DNA of 63,902 nt, the filler included, from Octopus bimaculoides (lineage: Eukaryota): assembly GCF_001194135.2 (NCBI RefSeq). It is 6 parts of 6 records of this genome, joined end to end, with 100 filler letters (N's around TTAATTAATTAA, not from the genome) between each part and the next. Parts side by side here need not be neighbours in the genome. Positions count along the whole stretch, not along the records: positions 22,076 to 52,807 come from NC_068982.1; 5 more parts are not named here. One strand, given 5' to 3'. Positions 34,160 to 46,336 of this stretch are shown here, piece after piece. Both the position numbers and the translations under genes were made by a program. Within the stretch, counting starts at the first letter, position 1; each line of letters opens with the position of its first letter. The notes beneath the pieces are model-generated. The model had not been told where the DNA came from, did no database searches, and saw only the letters and a program-made list of their open reading frames with translations.

Positions 34160-34640
34160 TTCCACTGGATGAGCAATTTTAGTGTACATGTGTGACAGAG
34201 TGCTAAGGCATTGAGAGAAAAATTAGGCATAAGAAGATATAGTGTGCAAGAGAGAAGACTGTACTGGTTTGGTCATATGATTCATATGGATGTAGACAGT
34301 TGCATACAAAAGTTCTGATCACTTAAAGTGGATGGATGAGGGAGACCCAGGAAGACGTGGGACAAAGTACTGAAGGCCAGTCTCAAAATGCTGAACCTTA
34401 AAGAGGTGACGACAAAAGATGTGGTGCATCGCTGTACTCAAGAAACCCGTCCACCACAGCAGAATAGATAGTGGTGTCGGTGCCACTGTAAAGTGGTTGG
34501 CATTAGGAAGGGCATCAAACCGTAAAAACTATGCCAAATACCATGGAGCTTGGTGCAGTCCCTGGCCTTACCAACACCTGACAAACCATCCAACCCATGA
34601 CAGCATGGAAAACAGCATTAAATTATGATGATGATCATCA
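34160..34640 (+). mobile_element. RTE LINE 3' fragment with complete tail ending in (ATG)n
   Basis: GAGAGAAAAATTAGGCATAAGAAG..GGGAGACCCAGGAAGACGTGGGAC is homologous to 22990-23200 (opposite strand); tail ends GGAAAACAGCATTAAATTATGATGATGAT. Confidence 0.85.
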
Positions 34641-34818
34641 TATATGTGTTTGTGTGTGTATCTACATAGATACATATATGGCCAGGAAGCGATTGTGAAA
34701 TAAAAAGCAGTCACACTAAAGTTGGTGCCACAGCATCTGACTACAGGAAAAGTATATACATGTATGCATATATATATATATCTATGTGTGTACCTATGTA
34801 TGTATACATAATTGTATT

Positions 34819-34864
<46 letters not shown>

Positions 34865-34867
34865 TAT

Positions 34868-37205
34868 ATATATATGAACGGCAGTCTGTGTCAAGTTGCC
34901 GTCTGTACCCGTTAATGAATATTCGTGAAATTTTGCATACATGTTAAAGTAACATCCATTTTGGTACGAGGCTCATTGCAGTTTAATAAAAATCTATAAC
35001 TGGACGGCTACGTCCCCTAGAATGGTTGCAGATATAACCCATGTATTTTCCTTTAACGGCTAAGGGGAAATAACCCATTAATTTTTCTTTATAAATCAAG
35101 TTATGTTCATTTCTTAGTATTTGAACTGTTACGATTATTTTCGCACTTAACCCAGAACAACCCTTAAACAAGTAAATAGCATTTTCCTCAACAATAAACT
35201 CACTTATTTACGTTAGTGATTTATTCATGAATATACCTTTCATGTCACTTCAGCCAATTGTCAGTCGCTGCATGAAGAACTTTTCTGCTTTTAGACAAAT
35301 GTTCTGTCATCACAAAGTTCACACGTTGCTTACATGTACGAACACCTTAATTTATATTGATAGCCGTGTTAATGTTTTCTTAAGATGTATCCTTTACTTT
35401 TCTTTAACGGCCAATGGAAAATAACCCATTTAAAATCCTTCCTTTTTCTTTTCCACCCAACGGTCATCTGCGCATGAAGGTCACATGCTGTTTACATGTA
35501 GGAACACTTTCTTAATTTATATTGATATTTGTGTCGATGTTTTGTAAAGATGTACTCAACAACAAACACAAGTTTCAGTATGCGTAATGGCGCACCTTCT
35601 CCTCAACAGCTTTCAAATACAAGATCGCGATGCCATTGCGAAAAGATCAAATCTGAGTTCTCGACCTGTGCGCGCACGAAAACAGCGGCAAAGGCATAGG
35701 AATGGTGTGTCACACCAGAAACCACTCTGACAGCTTTCTTCAAATTATGCGTGAGTGTGATCTGTTCGCTCGAACACTGCTGTATGTTGAGGTTCCTGTG
35801 TACTATACCTAGGTACACAATAGATGGAACAGGCACAAGCAAGGGGCTCTCGTTGAGGGCTCGGAAGAAGATGCTGTCTTCAGAAGCGAGGCCATCGGAC
35901 GGGTGTACACTGAGCATTCTAATCAGCAGGAGTGCTTCTTACTGCGTCTACTGCTGCATACTGTCAGAGGTCCTACACCATTCATAGACCTTCGAAGACA
36001 CAATGGGGAAGTTTGCACGACCTACAGAGAAGCCTGCGCCAAACATGGACTACTGGAGGTCAATGCTCACTGGGATCAGACTCTGAAGGAGGCAACAGTC
36101 AGCAGAGCACCAAGTTAACTGCGCCAGCTATTTTCTATCATGTTGATGACATGTGGCTTGGGTGAACCTCTCGAGCTTTGGGCGACCCACAAAACTAGCA
36201 TGGCAGATGACATCCTACAAAAAATTCATAGGCAAACCTCAACGGAAATTGCCGCATTCAATAATGCCGTTTACAATGAGGCATTACTTGACTTGCACAC
36301 CTGAGTGCAAAGTATGGGAAGTCAAAGCATTGCCACATTTGGTTTGCCTCAACCGGAGCAGGCAGCAAACAATCTCGCAATTGAGTACCTGTGAGAAATC
36401 AGCTATGACACCGAGGAAGTGACGGTGTATATAGCTGATAACGAACACAAACTGATGGAGGACCAACTGGGTGTTTATAAGACCATTATTTCGAGCATTG
36501 AATGTGAAAGAGGAGGTCTTTTCTTTCTGGATGCTCCAGGTGGAACTGGCAAGACATTTGTCTGGATAAACTGCGTCAAATGAAACATTGCCATAGCAGT
36601 GGCGTCAAATGGAATAGCTGCAACTCTGCTAAGTGGTGACCGCACAGCTCATTCGTGCTTCAAACTCCCTTTGGACCTGTCCAAGAAAGAGAAGGCAAAC
36701 TGCAACATCAGTCGTGGTTCTATAAAAGGCAAACTCCTGGGTGAATGCAGGTTGATCATCTGGGATGAGGCGACAGTGAGCCATAAGGTTTCCTTTGACG
36801 CTCTTGACATGGCCCTTCAGGATCTGAGACACAACATCAGGCTCATAGGAGGTGCTACAGTCTTGCTTGCAGGAGACTTTAAACAAACCCTTCCCGTGGT
36901 TCCAAAGGGGACAAGAGCTGACGAGGTAAATGCCAGTATAAAGTCGTCCTACCTATGGAGCAGTGTGCAAAAGCTGAGACTCACAACCAACATGAGAGTG
37001 CAGCTAAGTGGTGATGATGCGGACGGAACCTTTTCAAAGCAACTGTTGGACATCGGTAATGGCACTTCGGTTGGCGAGAAGGATGGCCGGGTAAAGTTGC
37101 CTTTTGGACATATAGTACCTGATTTAAAGGAACTAATGAAGTGTTTCCTAACCTGAGGAATCAGTTTACAGACCACAACTGGCTGAAAACCCATGCCATT
37201 TTAGC
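34868..37205 (+). mobile_element. Helitron: 5' non-coding region with subterminal repeats plus an internally deleted RepHel fossil
   Basis: 5' part (ATATATGAACGGCAGTCTGTGTCAAGTTGCC..) is homologous to 46500-47605 on the minus strand and runs into RepHel coding sequence. Confidence 0.8.
35700..37205 (+). pseudogene. Helitron RepHel linker plus PIF1-like helicase fragment
   Basis: TTLTAFFKLC; AIGRVY..ECFLLRLLLHTVRGPT; YREAC..GLLE; FFLDAPGGTGKTF (Walker A); VASNGIAATLLSGDRTAHS; LIIWDEAT (Walker B); VLLAGDFKQTLPV; LRLTTNMRV; LLDIGNG. Stops and frameshifts present. Confidence 0.95.
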
Positions 37206-37894
37206 ATGTTTTTAAAAAGTTATAGAGATTTAAAGTTTGATCGTTTTCACCCAGTCAGGAAACAGGATTTGGAAGCTGTCATTTTGTGCGTGACTGCACG
37301 TGTTGTCAACACTCTGAAAATAGCGTGTTTTTATATGAAACTGTAAATGAATCAAATTCTGCTTAACGTACGACATTATAACCCCTCATGACTTTTTTAA
37401 AATTTGGAATTTTCAGAAAACTTTTGCCCATTTTTACTCTAAACACAGGTATTAATACGATTATGCAAAAAGAAATTTTTTAATGATGGGGGTGTGATTT
37501 AAGGGCGATTTAGACGTTATTTTTTGCACATCTCACGACCAGGGTACAAACAACAGAAAGGCACAAGCAACAGAACACAGCGTCAACACACGTGGCATCG
37601 CGTAGAATATATTTGTCAGCACACGTGCTTTTTTTGCTGATAAAAGCGTTCTCTCATGTTTGACTTGTTACTATGTAAACAAGCATGGATGTGTCTGTGG
37701 CTTATGATTGGCTAAAATTACCCCAATTTTTCAAACTTTGATTGCTAATAACTCTTTATCTATTGATTTATGGCGAAAATGATTTTCATGTCATTCGTTA
37801 GCTTATAAAAGTGTATCATTACACTGAATCAATTCGAACAGAAATTGATGCTGGCAGCCAAACCAACAAGGTCTAACGAAGGAGAGTATATTTT

Positions 37895-38195
37895 AGATTT
37901 TGAGCGAAAACACCTAAAAGCTCCACGAGGCTCCAGCAGGGGATGGTGGTGAACCCTGCTGTACTCTTTCACCACAACTTTCTCTCACTCTTACTTCCTG
38001 TTTCTGTTGTGCCTGTAATTCAAAGGGTCAGCCTTGTCACACCATGTCACGCTGAATATCCCCGAGAACTACGTTAAGGGTACACGTGTCTGTGGAGTGC
38101 TCAGCCACTTGCACGTTAATTTCACGAGCAGGCTGTTCCGTTGATCGGATCAACTGGAATCCTCGATGTCGTAAGCGACGGAGTGCCAACAACAA
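37895..38195 (+). mobile_element. SINE family D, headless, with (CAA)n tail
   Basis: Shares 37905-38042 with 21840-21970; continues GTGGAGTGCTCAGCCACTTGCACGTTAATTTCACGAGC.. to GGAGTGCCAACAACAACA. Confidence 0.85.
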
Positions 38196-39039
38196 CATAT
38201 TTTAGATTTAAAAAAAAATGTGTTTATCTTAATTTATTGAAAAATAAAAGAAGTATATAAAAAAACACATTATTCATGGGATGAATAATATTGTTTTCAT
38301 ATAGTATATATATACCAAAAGGATGTATTATAATACTATACCACAGCCATACTAACAATCCAATAATACTAATCCATATATACAAAAACATTCATACCAA
38401 CAATCCAACATACCTCCATCATCGGCTGCCCCACGGATATCATTATGGTTTCGACACCTGGGCAGTACCATGCAATCCGCTGGTGTCAACAGCACTAAAA
38501 TAAGTGGTGCTTGGGAACAGACAAACCAAAGAAACTACAACTTTCAAACACATTTACCCAATGTACAACCGTATCGATAAATAAAAACTAAACAGCGACA
38601 ACTCTATCAAGTCATACAAAATTATAATCCCTACCGTCTTCCGTAGTGTAATATAAAAGTAAAAGCTTAATAACCACATTATTTCAATCACTCAATATAT
38701 TGGCAGGATTAAACACTAACTTTACTAAAACTTCTACAAGAGACATATAAACCAATCTACATTGTATTGGTATATATACATCGTATTAAATTATATGCTA
38801 AATTGCGATCAATTTTTAAGTCCATATAAATAATAATCCCACCGGTCTTCCATAGATACTATTATAATGAAAGTGCAAGACTTATAGAGTGAAATACATT
38901 ATTTCATCATATATGTAGTGACTTCATGCAGGCATGGCGCGGATTCCATCTTCAATCGCCAAATTTCACTTAACAGCACTTTTCTTACGGTAAAACAATA
39001 GTTTTTCTGAGTGACAGCAGTTACATTTGCATAAAGCCA

Positions 39040-39510
39040 CTACACACACACACACACACATATACGTGCACCCACAAGCACACACACAATGTTTAAAATG
39101 TATATGTATGCATACTCTTGCAGAAGAGAAGTTTCTACACACGTACACCTTAATCCATAACTACAAGCTTACTAACAGCACACAAAGGAATATTTAGATC
39201 GCTATATAAATTGTGTGCTGCTAGTATGCAATGCAAAGTACTTTATATAGCTAGTATGTAATAACGATTGGCAGAATATCGATTGCAGAGATCAATCAAG
39301 TTTAATCGATTGCACAGGAGAATACAAGTAAATGATTGAGCAGACAACTTGCAATAAATCTCAGATGTCGCTTCTCAGGCAAAGTTGTATGTAGCGCCAT
39401 CTGCGTATGTATATGTGATAAATAATGAATAACTGAACAGAGTTAACTGCCCTCCATCAGTAAATTTAGAGGATTTCATTGGTGATCGAAGTTTTACAAA
39501 AGGAGAAATC
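39040..39510 (-). repeat. About 470-bp dispersed element, inverted paralogue of 45760-46240
   Basis: Core CTTTATATAGCTAGTATGTAATAACGATTGG..GATCAATCAAGTTTAATCGATTGCACAGG..ACAACTTGCAATAAATCTCAGATGTCGCTTCTC..GCGCCATCT is nearly identical in both copies; the flanks align more loosely. Confidence 0.85.
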
Positions 39511-39799
39511 AAAATAATAGATTATAGCAATGACGGATCATTTGGTACAGAAAGAAAATTTCATTTTGCGGGCAGTTTTCTGCTAGCCCCTTGATAATAT
39601 TTTCACATTTGAATCCCAGTTCTAATAATTTTTATATTTTACGTTTAATTATTTCTTTGTATAATAGTGCTCACTTGCTTAGTAAATATTGCTTTCATTA
39701 TTTTATCACAGTCATAATCTCTCTTTTTTAATAAAACATCACGGTAGTGCAACAACAGAGGGAGAAGCAATTTGTCAAGTTTTACCTTACCCTGAAAAC

Positions 39800-41270
39800 A
39801 ACATAGAGATTACAATTCAGCAGCCCATCTGTAAGCTTTGCAGTGTGTGTGTGAGTGAGAGAGGAGGAGAGAGAACATTGCAATCAATGAATGAAATAAA
39901 CATAAAATGAAAACATCATATAAATAAAAGGGCATTACTACAGATGCATATGCTCCCGACTTTGTTGCCTCATAACATCCAGAAAATGTATACTTTTTAA
40001 CAGAATTTTCTNNNNNNNNNNNNNNNNNNNNNNNNNNNNNNNNNNNNNNNNNNNNNNNNNNNNNNNNNNNNNNNNNNNNNNNNNNNNNNNNNNNNNNNNN
40101 NNNNNNNNNNNNNNNNNNNNNNNNNNNNNNNNNNNNNNNNNNNNNNNNNNNNNNNNNNNNNNNNNNNNNNNNNNNNNNNNNNNNNNNNNNNNNNNNNNNN
40201 NNNNNNNNNNNNNNNNNNNNNNNNNNNNNNNNNNNNNNNNNNNNNNNNNNNNNNNNNNNNNNNNNNNNNNNNNNNNNNNNNNNNNNNNNNNNNNNNNNNN
40301 NNNNNNNNNNNNNNNNNNNNNNNNNNNNNNNNNNNNNNNNNNNNNNNNNNNNNNNNNNNNNNNNNNNNNNNNNNNNNNNNNNNNNNNNNNNNNNNNNNNN
40401 NNNNNNNNNNNNNNNNNNNNNNNNNNNNNNNNNNNNNNNNNNNNNNNNNNNNNNNNNNNNNNNNNNNNNNNNNNNNNNNNNNNNNNNNNNNNNNNNNNNN
40501 NNNNNNNNNNNNNNNNNNNNNNNNNNNNNNNNNNNNNNNNNNNNNNNNNNNNNNNNNNNNNNNNNNNNNNNNNNNNNNNNNNNNNNNNNNNNNNNNNNNN
40601 NNNNNNNNNNNNNNNNNNNNNNNNNNNNNNNNNNNNNNNNNNNNNNNNNNNNNNNNNNNNNNNNNNNNNNNNNNNNNNNNNNNNNNNNNNNNNNNNNNNN
40701 NNNNNNNNNNNNNNCACGCATGTTTTTCAATATTTTCCCCCATAAATACATTTATATACTATAAAAAAAAAAAATTTGAGAAATTATGAATTTTTTGCAA
40801 CCCCACTCCCTGCACCCGATTGTTTCTCTTTAGAAATTAAAATATTCTTTTCTACTCTAGGCACAAGGCCCGAAATTTGGGGAGAGGGAGAAGTCAATTA
40901 GATCGACCCCAGTACGCAACTGGTACTTAATTTATCGACCTCGAAAAGATGAAAGGCAAAGTCGACCTCGGTGGAATTTGAACTCAGAATGTAAAGACAG
41001 ACGAAATATCGCTAAGCATTTCTCAAAGCAACATAGAGATTTCTATTCAGCGGCCCATCTGTAAGCTTTGCAGTGCGTGTGTATGTGTGTGTTTGTGTGT
41101 GAGAGAGAGAGAGAGAGACAGACAGACAGAACATTGCAAACAATGAATGAAATAAATATGAAATGAAAATATCGTATAAATGAAAGTGCATTTACTACTG
41201 ATGTATACGCCTCCGACTTTGTTGCCTCATAACATCCAGAAAAATGGATACTTTTTAAGAAAATTTTATA
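39800..41270. repeat. Direct repeat of a 210-240-bp block about 1.23 kb apart (39800-40011 and 41030-41270)
   Basis: ACATAGAGATT..TTCAGC.GCCCATCTGTAAGCTTTGCAGTG and CCGACTTTGTTGCCTCATAACATCCAGAAAA occur in both; a gap and a family B SINE lie between. Confidence 0.85.
40845..41025 (-). mobile_element. Nin-domain SINE family B
   Basis: TCTACTCTAGGCACAAGGCCCGAAATTTGG..ATCGACCCCAGTACGCAACTGGTACTTAATTTATCGACCTCGAAAAGATGAAAGGCAAAGTCGACCTCGG..TTTGAACTCAGAA. Confidence 0.9.
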
Positions 41271-41471
41271 CAAATACCACTTAGATGTTGTGGCTTTAGA
41301 GTATATAGGGATTTATGGAAAATAATTTTTCCGAGGGGGAGGAGTGAGGAGTTTCACATCTGACTTTTCCCCCTCATAACTTTCAGGAAGATGGGTATCT
41401 TTTAATGAAAATTTATACAAATCCCTTTCAAACGGCATAGATTACGATTATAAAAAAAGTTTTTGGGAAAT

Positions 41472-41513
<42 letters not shown>

Positions 41514-42755
41514 AAGTGATACATACAAAGTCATATATTAACTTGCTTTAAGACTATTCTTTCCTTCTACCTAGAGACACAGAATACACATTAATACACA
41601 CATACATGCAAATACCTGTCATTTTTTTTAGTGTGTGTGTGTGTGTTGCCCGTCTTAATATATAATGCTAANNNNNNNNNNNNNNNNNNNNNNNNNNNNN
41701 NNNNNNNNNNNNNNNNNNNNNNNNNNNNNNNNNNNNNNNNNNNNNNNNNNNNNNNNNNNNNNNNNNNNNNNNNNNNNNNNNNNNNNNNNNNNNNNNNNNN
41801 NNNNNNNNNNNNNNNNNNNNNNNNNNNNNNNNNNNNNNNNNNNNNNNNNNNNNNNNNNNNNNNNNNNNNNNNNNNNNNNNNNNNNNNNNNNNNNNNNNNN
41901 NNNNNNNNNNNNNNNNNNNNNNNNNNNNNNNNNNNNNNNNNNNNNNNNNNNNNNNNNNNNNNNNNNNNNNNNNNNNNNNNNNNNNNNNNNNNNNNNNNNN
42001 NNNNNNNNNNNNNNNNNNNNNNNNNNNNNNNNNNNNNNNNNNNNNNNNNNNNNNNNNNNNNNNNNNNNNNNNNNNNNNNNNNNNNNNNNNNNNNNNNNNN
42101 NNNNNNNNNNNNNNNNNNNNNNNNNNNNNNNNNNNNNNNNNNNNNNNNNNNNNNNNNNNNNNNNNNNNNNNNNNNNNNNNNNNNNNNNNNNNNNNNNNNN
42201 NNNNNNNNNNNNNNNNNNNNNNNNNNNNNNNNNNNNNNNNNNNNNNNNNNNNNNNNNNNNNNNNNNNNNNNNNNNNNNNNNNNNNNNNNNNNNNNNNNNN
42301 NNNNNNNNNNNNNNNNNNNNNNNNNNNNNNNNNNNNNNNNNNNNNNNNNNNNNNNNNNNNNNNNNNNNNNNNNNNNNNNNNNNNNNNNNNNNNNNNNNNN
42401 NNNNNNNNNNNNNNNNNNNNNNNNNNNNNNNNNNNNNNNNNNNNNNNNNNNNNNNNNNNNNNNNNNNNNNNNNNNNNNNNNNNNNNNNNNNNNNNNNNNN
42501 NNNNNNNNNNNNNNNNNNNNNNNNNNNNNNNNNNNNNNNNNNNNNNNNNNNNNNNNNNNNNNNNNNNNNNNNNNNNNNNNNNNNNNNNNNNNNNNNNNNN
42601 NNNNNNNNNNNNNNNNNNNNNNNNNNNNNNNGTGTGTGTATATATATATATATGTATATGCATAGTGAGAATTTATAAAAAAAAAAAAAGAGACAAAGGT
42701 GGTTGTGTAAACAACAAACAGATATATTAGTTTTAATGCTCTGGAAGTGAGAAGG

Positions 42756-42792
42756 TCTTTTACGTTTCGAGCCTGCGCTCTTCGACAGAAAG
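42756..42792 (-). ncRNA. Minimal type I hammerhead-like motif (CUGUCGA core variant) in a Penelope-like terminal repeat
   Basis: Minus strand: CUUU-CUGUCGA-A-GAGC(GCAG)GCUC-GAAA-C-GUA/AAAG; perfect 4-bp stem II, palindromic ACGU stem III, 4-bp stem I; A6 replaced by U. Confidence 0.6.
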
Positions 42793-43844
42793 GAACACAG
42801 AAATAAACAGGGAGAGAAAATAGAAAAAGGTTTAGTGGCCAACGATCTATAAATAAAGAGAAAGGGAGAAGAGAAGACAAAAGGAAAAAAAGAAACGGAG
42901 GGAGAGAGAGGCAAGGTAACAAGTGCGGATTGAAAGAAACGACAATAGGAAAAAGCAGAAAGTACAAAAAAGTTTAGAAAAGTTCAAAAGATTCAAACGT
43001 CGGGATGTATACATATGTGTATATGTACATATGTACATGTATATATATATATATATATGTATATATATGTATANNNNNNNNNNNNNNNNNNNNNNNNNNN
43101 NNNNNNNNNNNNNNNNNNNNNNNNNNNNNNNNNNNNNNNNNNNNNNNNNNNNNNNNNNNNNNNNNNNNNNNNNNNNNNNNNNNNNNNNNNNNNNNNNNNN
43201 NNNNNNNNNNNNNNNNNNNNNNNNNNNNNNNNNNNNNNNNNNNNNNNNNNNNNNNNNNNNNNNNNNNNNNNNNNNNNNNNNNNNNNNNNNNNNNNNNNNN
43301 NNNNNNNNNNNNNNNNNNNNNNNNNNNNNNNNNNNNNNNNNNNNNNNNNNNNNNNNNNNNNNNNNNNNNNNNNNNNNNNNNNNNNNNNNNNNNNNNNNNN
43401 NNNNNNNNNNNNNNNNNNNNNNNNNNNNNNNNNNNNNNNNNNNNNNNNNNNNNNNNNNNNNNNNNNNNNNNNNNNNNNNNNNNNNNNNNNNNNNNNNNNN
43501 NNNNNNNNNNNNNNNNNNNNNNNNNNNNNNNNNNNNNNNNNNNNNNNNNNNNNNNNNNNNNNNNNNNNNNNNNNNNNNNNNNNNNNNNNNNNNNNNNNNN
43601 NNNNNNNNNNNNNNNNNNNNNNNNNNNNNNNNNNNNNNNNNNNNNNNNNNNNNNNNNNNNNNNNNNNNNNNNNNNNNNNNNNNNNNNNNNNNNNNNNNNN
43701 NNNNNNNNNNNNNNNNNNNNNNNNNNNNNNNNNNNNNNNNNNNNNNNNNNNNNNNNNNNNNNNNNNNNNNNNNNNNNNNNNNNNNNNNNNNNNNNNNNNN
43801 NNNNNNNNNNNNNNNNNNNNNNNNNNNNNNNNNNNNNNNNNNNN

Positions 43845-43899
<55 letters not shown>

Positions 43900-44659
43900 T
43901 GTGTGTGTATATGTATGTATATATATGTGTGTGTATATATTGTATAAAAGTTCGTGGGTAAGGCCAAAACAATGCGAAGAGTAACTATACATATGTATAT
44001 ATATGTAGATATGTACACACACACATATACACACATATATATATGTATGTAGTGAATCTTTCAAGCATGAAGTAGATTCGATCCATCATAGCCAAATTTG
44101 AATTAACAGTTCAACAACGTTTCTCACGGTGGAACAATGGGTTTTTTTCTGTGACAGCAGTTTTACATATGCCAGATGACTTTAGCTAGTCCGAAATAAT
44201 GTCTTCACCACTTGACCCTTATAACCACTTCTACTTTACCAAAAGCTAGAATAGAGATATCACAGGACCAACAACGAAGCCCATTGTTCTCAACATTATG
44301 GGTATCCTTCTGGATAGCTATAAAAACAAGAACCCGCAAGCAAAAGACAGTCAGTCACTTGGTGATTACTTAACGTGTTAGTCACTTGCTGACAACTGAA
44401 CTAGTCAGTTGGTTACGACTCGTGAGTTGATAGAGAGTGTTAACATCAGTTAGTGAACCGACCACTAGAATCATGCCCGCAGGCAGACAAACGGCAGAGA
44501 GAGAAAAAGAAAGAAGTTTAGAATTAGCGACTCTACGAGATAACTTGTCCCACACTCTTACTACTAAACAATGACGAGAACACAAACACAAACTATACAT
44601 CTGTCTTTACTTCGCATGCTTTACGATTTCAGCACCTGCCCGTAGAGGCAAGGTATTGT

Positions 44660-44900
44660 ATAATGTAACGGGTAAAAATAAATATTTTCTTAAAACTTCA
44701 TGCATTGTTCATCTTTCACATCCTACAACATGCCGTTATAACAACAAATTTTTATCGTTACAACTGCTGACTCTGACATTTCATATTATTGTGTACCTAA
44801 TCAATTTTACCCGTTACAATTGGTAACTACACTAATCAAAACCTAACCGTTTTGGTGACCCTCGACTTCAGCTAAAAATTTAACCGTTACAATTTAATTC
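44660..44900. repeat. Unassigned element with a 14-bp inverted repeat and repeated AACCGTT motifs
   Basis: TGTAACGGGTAAAA (about 44664) versus TTTTACCCGTTACA (about 44805); AACCTAACCGTT and TTAACCGTTACA downstream; resembles Helentron/HINE subterminal repeats. Confidence 0.4.
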
Positions 44901-45611
44901 CAACCAATTCAAAAAATAATCTTTCAACCCTTACATCTTATATATATATATATGTGTGTGTGTGTGTGGGNNNNNNNNNNNNNNNNNNNNNNNNNNNNNN
45001 NNNNNNNNNNNNNNNNNNNNNNNNNNNNNNNNNNNNNNNNNNNNNNNNNNNNNNNNNNNNNNNNNNNNNNNNNNNNNNNNNNNNNNNNNNNNNNNNNNNN
45101 NNNNNNNNNNNNNNNNNNNNNNNNNNNNNNNNNNNNNNNNNNNNNNNNNNNNNNNNNNNNNNNNNNNNNNNNNNNNNNNNNNNNNNNNNNNNNNNNNNNN
45201 NNNNNNNNNNNNNNNNNNNNNNNNNNNNNNNNNNNNNNNNNNNNNNNNNNNNNNNNNNNNNNNNNNNNNNNNNNNNNNNNNNNNNNNNNNNNNNNNNNNN
45301 NNNNNNNNNNNNNNNNNNNNNNNNNNNNNNNNNNNNNNNNNNNNNNNNNNNNNNNNNNNNNNNNNNNNNNNNNNNNNNNNNNNNNNNNNNNNNNNNNNNN
45401 NNNNNNNNNNNNNNNNNNNNNNNNNNNNNNNNNNNNNNNNNNNNNNNNNNNNNNNNNNNNNNNNNNNNNNNNNNNNNNNNNNNNNNNNNNNNNNNNNNNN
45501 NNNNNNNNNNNNNNNNNNNNNNNNNNNNNNNNNNNNNNNNNNNNNNNNNNNNNNNNNNNNNNNNNNNNNNNNNTTTATATATATATATATATATATATAC
45601 ATATACACACA

Positions 45612-45700
45612 CACGACCGGTTCTTTCAGTTTCCTTCTTACAAATCCGCTCCCAAGGCTTTAGTAGTCCCGCGGCTATAGTAAAAGACACTTTTTCTCTC
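45612..45700 (-). mobile_element. SINE family A middle fragment
   Basis: CGACCGGTTCTTTCAGTTTCC..ACAAATCCGCTCCCAAGGCTTTAGTAGTCCCGCGGCTATAGTAAAAGACAC. Confidence 0.75.
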
Positions 45701-45759
45701 TGTACCAAATTATCCACAGCCCGATGGTTTTGACTCCTGCTTTAAATCACATCGTCATT

Positions 45760-46240
45760 TCACCTGTAAAACTTGGACCACTATCAGCTACTAAAGAATT
45801 TGTTTTCAGGGGCAGTTAACTCTATTAGTTCTCCATTATTCATGCATATACACAAAGATGGCGCCACATACAACTTTGCCCGAGAAGCGACATCTGAGAT
45901 TTATTGCAAGTTGTCTGCTCAATCATTCACCTGTATTCGCCTGTGCAATCGATTAAACTTGATTGATCATTGTAATCAATATTCTACCAATCGTTATTAC
46001 ATACTAGCTATATAAAGCTATTTGCATTGCATGCCATCAGCGCACGATTTATATAGCGATCTAAGTACTCCATTATGCAGCTGTCGTTATTAGCCTGTAG
46101 GTTTGGGTTGAGGTGTTGATGTGTATAAGCTACTCTTCTACAAGCGTATGCGTACACATATATACGTGTACGTTTTAAATATTGCGCGTATGGACGAATG
46201 TGAGTGTGTGTGCGCGTACGCGTGTGTTTACACACTCGTG
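45760..46240 (+). repeat. About 470-bp dispersed element, paralogue of 39040-39510; promoter-like core
   Basis: AGATGGCGCC (about 45856), AGCGACATCTG (about 45886), AATCGATT, CCAATC (45987), TATATAAA (46009-46016), TCAG (46037-46040). Confidence 0.8.
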
Positions 46241-46304
46241 CGCTCCTTTGTAGGATAATGGATATTTAGAAAATTCAAATGTATGAATCGAAATTGTGAT
46301 GTGT

Positions 46305-46335
<31 letters not shown>

Positions 46336-46336
<1 letters not shown>

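Noticed and set aside
38440-38500. Hammerhead-like motif on the minus strand (GACACC..GGTGTC-GAAAC)
   Set aside because: The core would overlap the stem (CUGUU-GACACC), there is no stem III/NUH pairing and no stem I.
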